DNA of 64,000 nucleotides from Chlorokybus atmophyticus (lineage: Eukaryota; Plantae; Mesostigma and Chlorokybus algae): assembly GCA_009103225.1 (NCBI GenBank), contig RHPI01000277.1:327548-391547 (forward strand). Reading direction: 5' to 3'. Each line of letters opens with the position of its first letter. The stretch's first letter is position 1. Positions 1 through 13,899 of the stretch are shown here, in pieces. The position numbers and the translations under genes were made by a program. The notes under the pieces were generated by a model that was not told the DNA's origin, searched no databases, and saw only the letters and a program-made list of their open reading frames with translations.

Positions 1-3000
1 AGTCGGGTTTGCCCACGCTTGTAAAGGTGTGCGCCCGACTACCCTATGTCAAGGCATAGGGAGATAGTTGAACCCTTGTACATAGCGTTAGGTGATGCAT
101 GACGGTTGCTAAGTATGCATAGGGTGCGAGACCGGGAGCACCATACATGTGTAGACAAGTAGAGACTAGTTGGGCCTCCACCCCGTTTGCCATGCAGGGC
201 AACACAAGACGCGTACAACACAATGGCGCAGCCATTATGGAACTGGCAGCACATACAAGCCCATTTGCTGGATGTATATTGCCACTGGCAACTGCCCATA
301 CTCAGAAGCACGCCATTACATCCACCATGTTTTGGGCGTCACAACTCCACTGTCGCCAGTGATAGAGCACCACATCATCTACGCCATTTACTTACTGACT
401 GGCTCCCGCAAATGCTACGTTGGCATGACTGTGCCCGCTTTTCAACGCTTCCAAGGACACTGCAGAGCTGCTCACCACGCCCAAGCCACGCTGCTGGAGC
501 GCGCCATGCGCACTACGCCAATGACCTCTTGGGGAGTTTCACCGCTGGAATCAGTGCCGTTACGACACAATGAGACGCAGGCAGCTTGGCACAAACACGC
601 CTCGCACAAAGAATGGTTGTGGGTGAAACGCTTGCGTACCTCAGCCCCAAGAGGTTACAATGTGGAGCACTCGCCATACGGACGGCCTCGCCTGCCAGCA
701 TGGAGACGCGCACACGGGCACACACAGCCACAACGCGCACCGAACCCAGCCAGGCAGAGTGTTTGGGTATCATGATTTCTTTCGGCGTATTCGTGACCTT
801 ACTGTGCGCATGCAGCAAGCGCGGTTTGCGTTGACGGACTTGCTGCGATTCAAACTGACCAACCTGTACAAGATGCTCCGCATCCTATAGTACACAGCGT
901 CGGAAGACATTCATGTGCAGCCAGCACATGCTGAAGCACTGCTGGCGACGCTAAGGAGGTTGCTCAGCAATTATCCAACCGCCTTGCCTCACATTTGCAA
1001 CCCCCGCCTACTCGTCACCTGTGCATTCGACAACGCAGCGGCAGACGAACTACAACTGCAACAACTGCTGGCGCAACCCGCAGTACGAGCGGCCCTGCCA
1101 CCACATGCCAGAACACGCATGGGAGTGCCGCTAGTGGTCTGGCGCTGTGGTAAAACGGTGGGACGCACAGTGTGTAACCGCACCTGCGAGGTGCTGCAGT
1201 CGCCCGCACAGCAGCAGTCGCGACTGCTGTCCGCACCCTGCACATGCCCTGAGCTAGCGGGGACAACCATAGTACATCCACAGCTAGGCCACGCTGTGAC
1301 CCGTGACTACAGCAGTGTTACGACCTCGGAGGTCCTGCGGAAGATACTCAGCCGGGGGACCAAGTTTCGCAGCCTTGTATCAGCCGACATTCGCGTTTGT
1401 GTACCAGCGGTGACAGCAGCAGTGTACGATTTCGCACACCTCCTGGAGGAGCAGTGGGGACAGCCAATGGCAATGCAAGCATGGGCAACAACACTTTTGG
1501 CTTTGGTGCGCAACCGTGCTGACGCCATTGCCGATGTACCAAACAACCAGCGCCATTTGGACTCGGATGTGGTGACTGACAGAGATGCCGCGGCTTTGAG
1601 ACAACTGCAGCAGCGGTACATCCTCACCGAGGTCGACAAGTGCAATGGCACCATTGTGGTGGTGTGCAAAAAGTACTACGTGACATTCTTGGTGACGGAG
1701 CTGTTCACACCCACATATGAACGCGTGGACACGCCAAGCCATGTACTCCTGCAACAACACGCCACGTAGAACATGGAACACGGCTTTCGTGCAGTTGCGG
1801 AGCCACGCTTGCCTCTATATCTGCTGTTTAAATTGCACAAAAGTCCACCGACACCACGTTTTATCGCTGCTGCTTATAATACCTCGCTGACAGATGCCAG
1901 TAGGTGGCTCACCCGCGCATACCAAGTGATGCTGCCAGTGTGGCATGAGTGGTGGGCAGAAGCAGTAGGACTGCCAGCTGTGCGGCATAACTGGATCATG
2001 ACAGATGTGAAGGCATTTGCCAGATTGCAGTGTTTCTTTAAGACCACACGCACTGCACTACAAAAGCGCCAGCACCTGTGCCTGCAAACCTTTGACTTTA
2101 CAACGCTCTATACTTCCATCAACCACTACGACCTGCTGCAAAGATTTGATGATCTGGTCAGTGCCACTTTCGGGCTACAATGGCGACGTCACCGTGCCAC
2201 GCATCTGCATATGAGTGTACAGCCAGACGCCTCGGTGCTGCATCAGTGGACGGCAGCCTCAACGTACAGAACAGATGACAGTGGTAGCTGGCGCACCTTT
2301 ACACCGACAGCGCTGCACGACACCCTAGCGTACCTGTTGCAGAACTTGTACGTCCGAACAGCATCCGATGAAGTCTATCGCCAACGAATAGGGGTGCCTA
2401 TGGGAAACAATGCAGGAGCACATCTGGCGAACGGCTACCTCCTGACCTACGAACAACAGTTCGTGCAGCAGCTGCGCCAAGAAGGAGCCACGTCGCTGCT
2501 GCAACGTTGTACACAGGGAATCCTGCGCTACATTGATGATCTTTTTGTAGCAGACCTACCGGAGTTCCAAGAGCTATTGTCACACAAGGCACCAGGGACA
2601 CCAGGCGGCGGTGTGTACCCGCGGCACATTGTGACAGTGTCACGTACAGCAGAAGGTACCACGCTACCATTTCTGGATTGCGCAGTGTTCTAAACGGCGG
2701 ATGGCATATGCACCAAACTGTACTGCAAGCGCGACCTACCGGCGTACAGTGCTACAGCACGTCACCGCGCACCACTACCAGATTCCAACGTGGCCCGCTG
2801 TATCAAGCTGGGCGTGGTGCAATCGCAGTACGTGAGGTTTGCGCAAGTTTGCACTTATCGCACGCACTTCATCCAAGCCATGGTGGACCTGTTGGTGGCA
2901 ATGCACAACGATGGACATCCTCTGAAACGTCTGTTGGCCACGCTGAGGCAGCAGATGCTACGCACCGGCAGCTACGCGTACTGTACACCGCCTCCACTGC

Positions 3001-3455
3001 TGTACCAGTTGGTGTATCAGGCGTGCAAGCGTCGCACCCCGCAAAGACCGCATGGGGAGCACGCTGTGTGGTAGCACAGCTTGCCCATGCCGGAGACGCA
3101 GGAAACCAACCCCACCACCCAACCCCAACCAGCACCTAACCAGCCCAGCACCCAAACCGAACACAGCACAACCTGTGCGGAGGGCACTGCACCAGGCACT
3201 GCTGACGTCGGCAGTGCAACGCAACTATGACACAACCCCTGGTGCGTCGCTAGCAGTGGGCGAGGAAGGAGGCGGAGCCAGGGAGAGAGGAAGGGGGAGT
3301 CCTGGTCGCCAATGTGCATGCTCTCTGCGTGACCGAAAGCGCCAACAACTGACCAACGCCCATGTGGGCAGGTGATTACCAACTGCACATTGACTGCTGC
3401 ATGTCTAACGGGGTAGAGGCAGTAGATTAGTGTGCTAATAATAGCCCGGTGGTCA
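1..3455 (+). mobile_element. Penelope-like retroelement (PLE-1) with N-terminal GIY-YIG endonuclease followed by RT; decayed; 5' end may lie outside the window
   Basis: GIY-YIG-type motif IYAIY-x7-YVG, then RT motifs (VDKCNGTIVVVCK, KLHK..PRFIAAA, LQTFDFTTLY, GVPMGNNA, RYIDD, FLDC) and a thumb region (KLGVVQSQYVRF). The 3' terminal motifs recur near other PLE fragments. Confidence 0.85.
170..3074 (+). pseudogene. PLE-1 EN-RT polyprotein, about 970 codons, broken by one frameshift (near 720-770) and three in-frame stops
   Basis: ORFs 660-890, 915-1769, 1773-2693 and 2790-3074 share one frame and are separated only by TAG 888-890, TAG 1767-1769 and TAA 2691-2693. The GIY-YIG ORF 170-775 is in another frame. 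Confidence 0.85.
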
Positions 3456-4847
3456 ATTAATTGTCATTTGTACGACACCTTGCATGTGTTGCTGCGTGCT
3501 GACTGAACTACACGTTGTGCATGCGCATGCATGTCCTGCATTTGATGTACACTACTCGCCTTGCACGTTAGTCACAAGCATGCAAGTGGCAAAGTTCATC
3601 ATCTGCACAACGGCGCATGTGCCAGTGTGGACGGGCGTGTATGCATGCATATGTTTGCATGCATGCGTGTATTCGTATGTGTATGCGCACAGCGCAAGTG
3701 TTCGTGCTGAAATCAGATGTAAAGAAAAAGTGCACTCAAGTTGTCGCCATGGCTTGTTGACTCAACAATGCTTTGCGCGCAATGCCTTTGTCACAATGCA
3801 GCCGCTAAGTGTACCAATGGCAATGGTTCACCCTGCTTAACAGCAACACATCCAAAACGCAGGAGCCATTTTGCTGTGTAGCATAATATTGTTGTGTAGC
3901 GGTGTGCAGGGGCTTGCGGTGGTGGGGGTGGGATTGAAACTTTGCAACAGTGCATAACATTGTACGATGGTACATGTCTGCATGCCCATATACAGTAACT
4001 ACATAGAGTGGCGACGATGCCAGGGTGGGCACCAATGGCGCATGGCCCCCCAATTACGAAGGCGGATGCAGCACTCGAGATAGACACCTCACGCAAGCTG
4101 CTCGCTAGTTGTGTTGTTCTGCAAGCATTGAGTGTGTGCTGGCATGAGTGCTAGGCATGGGTGGTGTGTGTACTGGGTGCTGTATCATACTGCTCAAAAC
4201 GTGTAGATATGGGTTGTACAGGGTATGCGAGCGACTAATACAAGCATGTGCACAACATCGACCGCATGTAGCCAACACGTACCTGCATGCTGCACACACG
4301 ACTTGTGTGTAGGCAGAAATGCGAGGACAACTGTGACATCATGCATGCCTATGTGGTAAGAGGTCCATTGTGGGCGTTGCGCACGTGCAACACCCAAACT
4401 ATACTTACTAAGACAAGTGTCCCTCATTCAGTATGTGTACAGAAGTCTCCAAAACTATTCTACAACTGTCTCTTGTGATCTTATGTGCGTGGATGTGTAT
4501 GTGCGTGTTCGTGTCGCTGAGAGCGAGACAACAGACCACATGACTGCGTGTACACATCTGAGCAAAGTTGCTAATCTGAAGCGCAGGCTCTGGTAGACGC
4601 CTGCAAACACAACAACACCTACCAACTCAACTACCCCTCCCAAACTGCAACTACTAAAGCAACACTCGACCAGCAGCAACGCGCATTGCACCGCAACCCC
4701 ATCCCAATGTCACCTCCCTATCGAGACACCATCACAATGCCATGTGCGCACTGTGCCACAGTGACTTTGCCTTGTATGTGTGTGACTGGAACACACATGA
4801 TGATGAGGACACAGGTAAATCGTGCCCCAAACACTCATGTGCCTTGC

Positions 4848-7713
<2,866 letters not shown>

Positions 7714-7913
7714 GGCTACAAAAGCAGCTGCGGTGAGAGCAACACTCCGACTGCATGTCAGAATACGGTCTCATGATAATGCAACTGTATTGTTGACAGA
7801 ATCATGTGTGGACAAGTGCAAGCAAGTGTGAGACAGTGAGGCAAATGTGAGACAGTTTGCAATTGCATAACAACACAACAACAAGTCAACACACACGAAC
7901 CTGGCCCATGCAC

Positions 7914-8259
7914 TCAGATATTGGAGTCGTCAAAGTCGTCCTCAAAAGTGTTGAAGAAGTGAGAATCCACCTGTATGTGTACATGTATGTTTGTGTATGT
8001 GCTTAAGCCTGTGCTTGGAAGGACAGCTCTACTTGTGATTCCGCAATCACGCATGCAACCTCAGCAGACAGACCTGCTTGGAGTCAGCAATGTTGTCAGG
8101 GGTGTCGACGACCTCTGTGTCAGTGGGATCCGTCGCCGTCGCCGCCGCCGCCGCAGTCGTCGCCTCCATCGACACCGCCACCTCCTCCTCCTCGCCCTCG
8201 ACGCCAACGCCGCCGCTTCCGACTCCGACCACGACCGTACCAAGAGTGAACGGCTTCAT
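7914..8259 (-). CDS. SMAP1: Small acidic protein, SMAP1 / CSNAP (COP9 signalosome subunit 9)-like, 80 aa, 2 exons
   Basis: Exon 8259-8074 (MKPFTLG...DNIADSKQ) spliced in phase 0 to exon 7970-7914 (VDSHFFNTFEDDFDDSNI*). The MKP start and the F/D-rich C-terminus match the SMAP/CSNAP hallmark (DFFNxFxDxFDDxDI). Confidence 0.85.
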
Positions 8260-8643
8260 CGCAACATCTAGGCCCCGGATCGCCCCACCAACGCCAACAA
8301 CGACGACAACGACCACAACCACACCGCCGCCGCCGCTGGCTAACGGATGGCGACACTGCTGCCTTGGCCAGTCCTGGAGTTGTGGTTCCCCTTAGCGCAG
8401 GGACCTAACGTGGTGAACCCAGAAGGGTTGGGGGTTGTGACTACAGTGTACACGCTGTGAGCCCCAGTGACTCACCGAGTCGTTTGCAAAGGGACCCTCT
8501 TCACAAGCAGTGGGTCAACTCATTCGGAACCAGTTTCTGTTTGCACGAGCGGGCCTAGCCGTGGCTGAGGGCGGCGGCGAGGAGGCGGTTGAGGCGGAGG
8601 TGGGCGTGGTGTTGGGAGGGCGTTGCAGATCTCTACAGCGGTC

Positions 8644-10462
8644 ATGGATGTGGCCATGCACGCAGCTGCGCTAGTGAGGACGAGCTCCATTGCCGCGCCG
8701 CAAGCAGCGCACAGAGGCGGCTCGCACGCTTGCTCTTGTTCCTCTGCTCCTTCACACCTCCTTCTTGCTCTTGCTCCCTCCCTTCCCTCAGTGCAGCCTG
8801 GCAAGCTCCCAGGTGGCGGCCGCAGCACTCCACCAGCATCCTAGCACCGCTCCACCACTCCACCACAGTCGTGATCCCTTCGTCACACTGAGGGGGTTCC
8901 AGATGGTGCCGGACCCGATGCAGAGGTACAAACACGCTGCTGTACTGTACTTGGCGGGGAAGATGGAGGCACTCCCAGCTGAAGAACACAATGAGGTAGG
9001 TGCCAGGGTGGGCACCNNNNNNNNNNNNNNNNNNNNNNNNNNNNNNNNNNNNNNNNNNNNNNNNNNNNNNNNNNNNNNNNNNNNNNNNNNNNNNNNNNNN
9101 NNNNNNNNNNNNNNNNNNNNNNNNNNNNNNNNNNNNNNNNNNNNNNNNNNNNNNNNNNNNNNNNNNNNNGGGGGGGGGGGGGGGGGGGGGGCTGTTTCTC
9201 TTGTCACATATTCTCAACCTTGTTTTGTTTTCCCCTTGATGTTTATCAATTCTGTTAACTGCGAGCCCCCTCCTTCTTCTCAGTCGTTTTTACCAACTGT
9301 GATGTGCTTATAGTTCCCGCACTGTTGCATGCACTGCAACTCATGCATGTTCTGACGGGCTTAATGCTCAAGAGCGTATCCGATGATTTTGTTGTTGTTG
9401 TTGTTGTGTTGGGGAAAGTCCTTTTAATACGGAGCAACGAATGTGCGTAACTTTCACAGGTGGCTTGCAGGCATGCAATATATATGTGCCTGCAATCACG
9501 CCGTAGCGCTTGAAAAGTTGGCATATTGTGTGGAGTATGTAGTTACTGCAAAGAGAATCGCTTGACAATGGTAGGCTCGTAATGTTGCAAGCATTTCACG
9601 ACTTGCAACTATGCTTCAGCTGCATTGAACTGCTGTACTTTTTGCTGCTCCAATTGCCAGTAGGTGCTGTCTGTACTACGTTCAATCTTGTATAATTGTT
9701 GCACACGTTCAATGCAAGCAGTGTGCAGGACTGTTGAAGCTCCAAAGCGGTTGCCTTCCAAGTAGACAGCACCTTACATGCAAGTACGTGTATCAGGACC
9801 TAAAGTACATCCAACACAACTCTGTTCCCACAGGCGAACAAGATATGAGTTGCGTGAGTCAAATGTGGGTGGTGCCGTGTATGGAAGATGGTTAAGTGTA
9901 CTCTCCGCCGACGTCGACGCACAGCTGACTGAGGGACTGACGGCACTTGTCGAGGTGAGAGTGGGAGTGGGAGTGGGAGACTAAGTCTGAGACTGAGTGT
10001 ATGTGAGTGTATGTACTGCGGGGATTGGTTTGTTGTGTGCTGTGGTGGACTGCTTGTCAATGCCAGGAGGAGAATCAGTAAGTTGTTGTGTATATACTGC
10101 CACACCAGATGACGTGTATGCTGCTTTACTACAAGGTGAAAGTAGCTTTCTGCTACTGCACATTATGAATGCGTATGCGTACGAGTGTATTCTGTTGACT
10201 TAGATCCTGTTGTTGCATGCGCAGATTTACAGCACTACAAGGATAGTGGCGAATTTTGTAGACCTGATGGTTGTTATGTCTGGTGTCAGGTCCTGAGCGG
10301 GGCGACGCGATAGGAGATACTGCGCATAACACCAGATTTTATCACTGATTGGGTCCATTGCAAACGCTGACGCCCTCACGCAACAACGGGTTCCTCAACA
10401 TGGTGAAGCTCGTGCAAAACATGACTTTGGAGCTGTCGGTGCAACCGACTGCTTTTAGTTGA
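8644..10462 (+). pseudogene. SUFE: Plastid-type SufE (Fe-S cluster sulfur acceptor) pseudogene, 3 exons with introns retained
   Basis: Exon 1 ends GFQMVPDPMQRYK..KMEALPAEEHNE|gt (8995). Exon 2 (9834-9954): ANK..CVSQMWVVP..SADVDAQLTEGLTALVE. Exon 3 (10290-10462): LSG..EILRITPDF..LQTLTPSRNNGFLNMVKLVQ. Multiple frameshifts and stops (e.g. TAG 10311). An N gap lies in intron 1. Confidence 0.8.
9017..9169. other. Assembly gap followed by a poly-G run
   Basis: Run of N. Confidence 0.99.
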
Positions 10463-11129
10463 TTCAAAACTTAGTACGCTTCAATTGTTGATATACATTT
10501 GTGCGCGAGTAGTAGTAGCTAAATCGAGAACCATGTACAGTTGCTGTGTTGATCATAAGTTGAAGCGTGGCTGTCCAAGGTGTAGGGCGAGTGTATTGAG
10601 AAGTTAGGGTTTATTTTTGCTTTCCAGACAGCTCTTGCCTTGGCTGCGATACATGGTCGGTTGAGAGTCTCTACTCATGCAATATGCTTGTTCTTGAAGC
10701 AGCAAGAACACATGCATGGACTCCGCACTTGACAGATAAGACTGGTTGATAATGCAGTTGCACTTCATAGCTTCATCGAGGGCTTTTAATAACAGTCGGG
10801 TAACTTGGTTGTCGGGATAGCCGAATTGCTCCCATTCATGAGCCAACTTGTGCTGCTCAAGTGAAGCTCTCGGCAATGGGTATTCTGACAACAATGATGC
10901 TGTCAAGGGTGGCCATTGTAACCAGGTTTTGCACGAAGCACGGTTGGTCCTTGTCGTTGGTCATGGCTGTCATGCATGATGCGCTGCAATTGCTGCGCTT
11001 CAGCCAGGCTGCTTCATGCAAGTGTAACAGATATGCGCGAGGCAGTTGTAGGCACGCATGACTCGCACAGCAACACACCAACAAGCATGCAAGAATGCTT
11101 AGTGTGCATTGCTGTGATTGACATAGGTA

Positions 11130-11430
11130 ATCGAAGGCAAGTACCTGCATGCATGTGTGTGTCACAGGGTACATGTAGTAGTGAAGGTAGGTAGGTAGGT
11201 AGCAACCGGACAACCCGGTGGTGAATGTAAGAGTCATGGTGTAGTGTGCAGATTGTTTGCGCGAATGTGACACTCTCATGCATGCCACAATCCCTGCATC
11301 CTATATGTTGTACACCGCCACCGGGCTGTACACTACTCATTCACACCTAACGCACTGCACTACCCTAGACCTCCCCATTAGGCATGCATACATGCGTATC
11401 AGAGGATAATTACCTGCCCACATGCGCTGC
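11130..11430. repeat. PLE-terminus-related dispersed repeat in an inverted (tail-to-tail) arrangement
   Basis: ACAACCCGGTGGTG at about 11209 and CGCCACCGGGCTGT at about 11315 are inverted. Shares CATGTGGGCAGGT, AGCCCGGTGG and CACTCTCATGCATGCC motifs with 3360-3452, 31290-31490 and 35000-35060. Confidence 0.65.
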
Positions 11431-12934
11431 TGCTGTCTTATTGCGAGAACAACGGCGGGGGAACAATTTTTGTCAAACCAGGTGCAACACACGGGTCGTG
11501 ACTTTTGCTTCTTTATAATTATGCATACTGTATATTAAACATCATGCCTTATATAAAGCATGTCATTGTATGTATGATAGTAAGACAACAAGCGTTTAAA
11601 TTAATTGGTTGTAAAAGAATAATCATATACCACAAAGTCGTGAGCTAAGCTCGTCCTAGCATTTAAAGCATGTCAATACATAAGCGGCTTACGCATTCAC
11701 ATGCATGCACATTAATGTTGACACGCATGAAGTGCTTGGTTGCTTTGTGCTATATAATCAACTTTTTAGCTTTGTTTAACATTAAAACATTAAAAACATG
11801 ACTGTTTAAGTAATGCATGTGCCACTATGAAACGTAGTGTCAATTTCCCTTTTGCAAACTTAATGAATTTATTGTATTTGCGATTGCTTGACACAGCTTT
11901 CAATTGGAATCGTAGCATGCTGACTCGAATTCACCAGGCTTGCTTGATAATTGTAATCATTGCATTGCTAATATATCGCGGTAATGTAAGCAAAGCCCCC
12001 TCCCTCAAGTCCATGATGCATGTATTATAATATAGAGAGGTAAAGAGGGAGGGGGGGGGGGGGGGGGGGGNAACAAACACGATAGTACATTTAACGGATA
12101 GCATGACCACTTTGCTCGAGTATGTGCAGTAAGAATTTACAATACAAAAGATTGTCAGCATGCATTCTATCTGAAGTTCGCTATGGTTGGCAGACGAATT
12201 TGTTAATAGTATCAACAAATTCATTTGTTATTGTTGCAACCTGTGTTGCACAATAACAAACTTGTTCAGATATGTGGATGTTCATAATTATTTCTGGCCG
12301 TGAACCATAACACATGGTATGCTTGCCATACAATGTAAGGCTTCAGTCAATGCATTAATTAAAGCCTCTTTATACTGTGCTGGCATAATTGGTACAATAC
12401 CGTCGTGCTACATACTATTCGCAGATACATAAGCATGCAAGTACCCCTTGCAAAAGGCACTTTGTAAACCAAATAAAGCCCTTGCTTGGCGGCAGCAAGT
12501 ATAAGTCCATTGCACTAGACTGCAGGTTTTCGCGGGGGTTTGACGAAAAACAACCTGTATATTTATTCGGCGCTCGTCACGAACACTGCGGAGCACTACG
12601 ATTATGTTAGTGTAAACCGCATACTTCATACTTGTATTGGCATGTATCATATCACACATGATACATGCAGCATCACAATGGGTCGAAATGGTCTCTACAC
12701 ACAATTCTGTTGCATGTAAGGCGACCACCCCCTCCATTCCCCACGTGGCTTACAAGCAGGCACCCACGCGTCGCGAACTGAGACCAACAACAGTAGCCCT
12801 GCTAGGCTACTGTTCGGATTGGCTTTAACGATTGTCCACATCCAACCTGCAAAACTTACTTTGCGCTTCACTGTTCATGTCAATGCGCTTAAGTTGCACT
12901 TTCAAGGCTAGGGGTCAATCGGCGCGGGCTGCGC

Positions 12935-13510
12935 GTGGACAAGCCTACGCCCTGCAAGCCTAGTTGCCGACAATGACGATTCGAAGCTACGTATCCTGTG
13001 AACAATTGGACTTCGGCGTCGTACGAGGGCAACCCCCGCCGCTTGTATAACGCCGATTCGCGCTGATCGATATGAGCGCCCGCCGAACATCGCGATATGT
13101 TACAATCGGCAAGTATAGTAGCCCGTGGTACGATGATGTAGTATATAAGCTGCATACTGCGATGGATAGTGCGTTGCATTGACGCAGTGCATGAGTGCTT
13201 GCACAGCCTCAATGCGTTGCAGCGGGTTCGGCGTTCTTATTGTATTTTCGTGCGACTGGAAATCTCTCACCAAAGCGGCAATGTTCGTAACCTGGGACTT
13301 GGGCAGGTCGTGCACACACCTAAACCTAGACCCTGATATCAGGATATCCAAGAACATAGGCCCTGGCCTGCCTACAATCCTCAAACTCTTGCAGAGGATC
13401 CAAGAAGTACGAACAGACGAAAAATGCAATGAGTTCAGCCGTAGACTGACGATCGGCTGACACCGTCAGCAAGACAGGTCCCTACAGCGGGGGTGTCAGC
13501 AGCTAGGCCT
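12935..13510 (-). mobile_element. Decayed repeat copy A, homologous to 16515-17090; possibly a DIRS/tyrosine-recombinase retroelement remnant
   Basis: Clear collinear DNA similarity to copy B (e.g. CAAGCCTACGCCCT, GACTTCGGCGT, CTCTTGCAGAGGATCCA). The family call rests only on weak motifs (FGGRSYRS..AAG resembling a YR H-x-x-R region). Confidence 0.4.
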
Positions 13511-13557
13511 ACGACAGGGCCGCAGCATTGTCTGTCAACACAACTAGGGTTGCTATT

Positions 13558-13592
13558 CAAATGTCTGAGACAACACACAAGCGGGTTTGACA

Positions 13593-13644
<52 letters not shown>

Positions 13645-13783
13645 CATGTATATATATATGTATATGTATATATACATATGCATATACATATACATATATA
13701 CATATACATATATATATATATACATATACATATATATATATATATATCAAATGTCTAAGACAACACACGAGCGGGTGTGACGG

Positions 13784-13814
<31 letters not shown>

Positions 13815-13880
13815 CGTGTATATATATATATATATATACGTATATATATATATATATACGTATATATATATATATACGTG
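13558..13880. repeat. (TA)n/(TATG)n microsatellite tracts alternating with a ~35-bp unit
   Basis: CAAATGTCTRAGACAACACACRAGCGGGTKTGAC at 13558 and 13748, each followed by TA-rich tracts. Confidence 0.9.
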
Positions 13881-13899
13881 TAGAGTACTCTACAGAAAA

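Noticed and set aside
660-3074. Alternative genetic code (TAA/TAG = Gln, as in some ulvophytes) to explain in-frame stops
   Set aside because: Reconstructed host exons and the intact 1295-aa copia ORF contain no in-frame TAR, and lepA ends at TAG exactly at its conserved C-terminus. The stops are better explained as C>T mutations.
170-3074. Selenocysteine read-through, reported for some Naiad-type PLEs
   Set aside because: The interrupting stops are TAG/TAA, not TGA.
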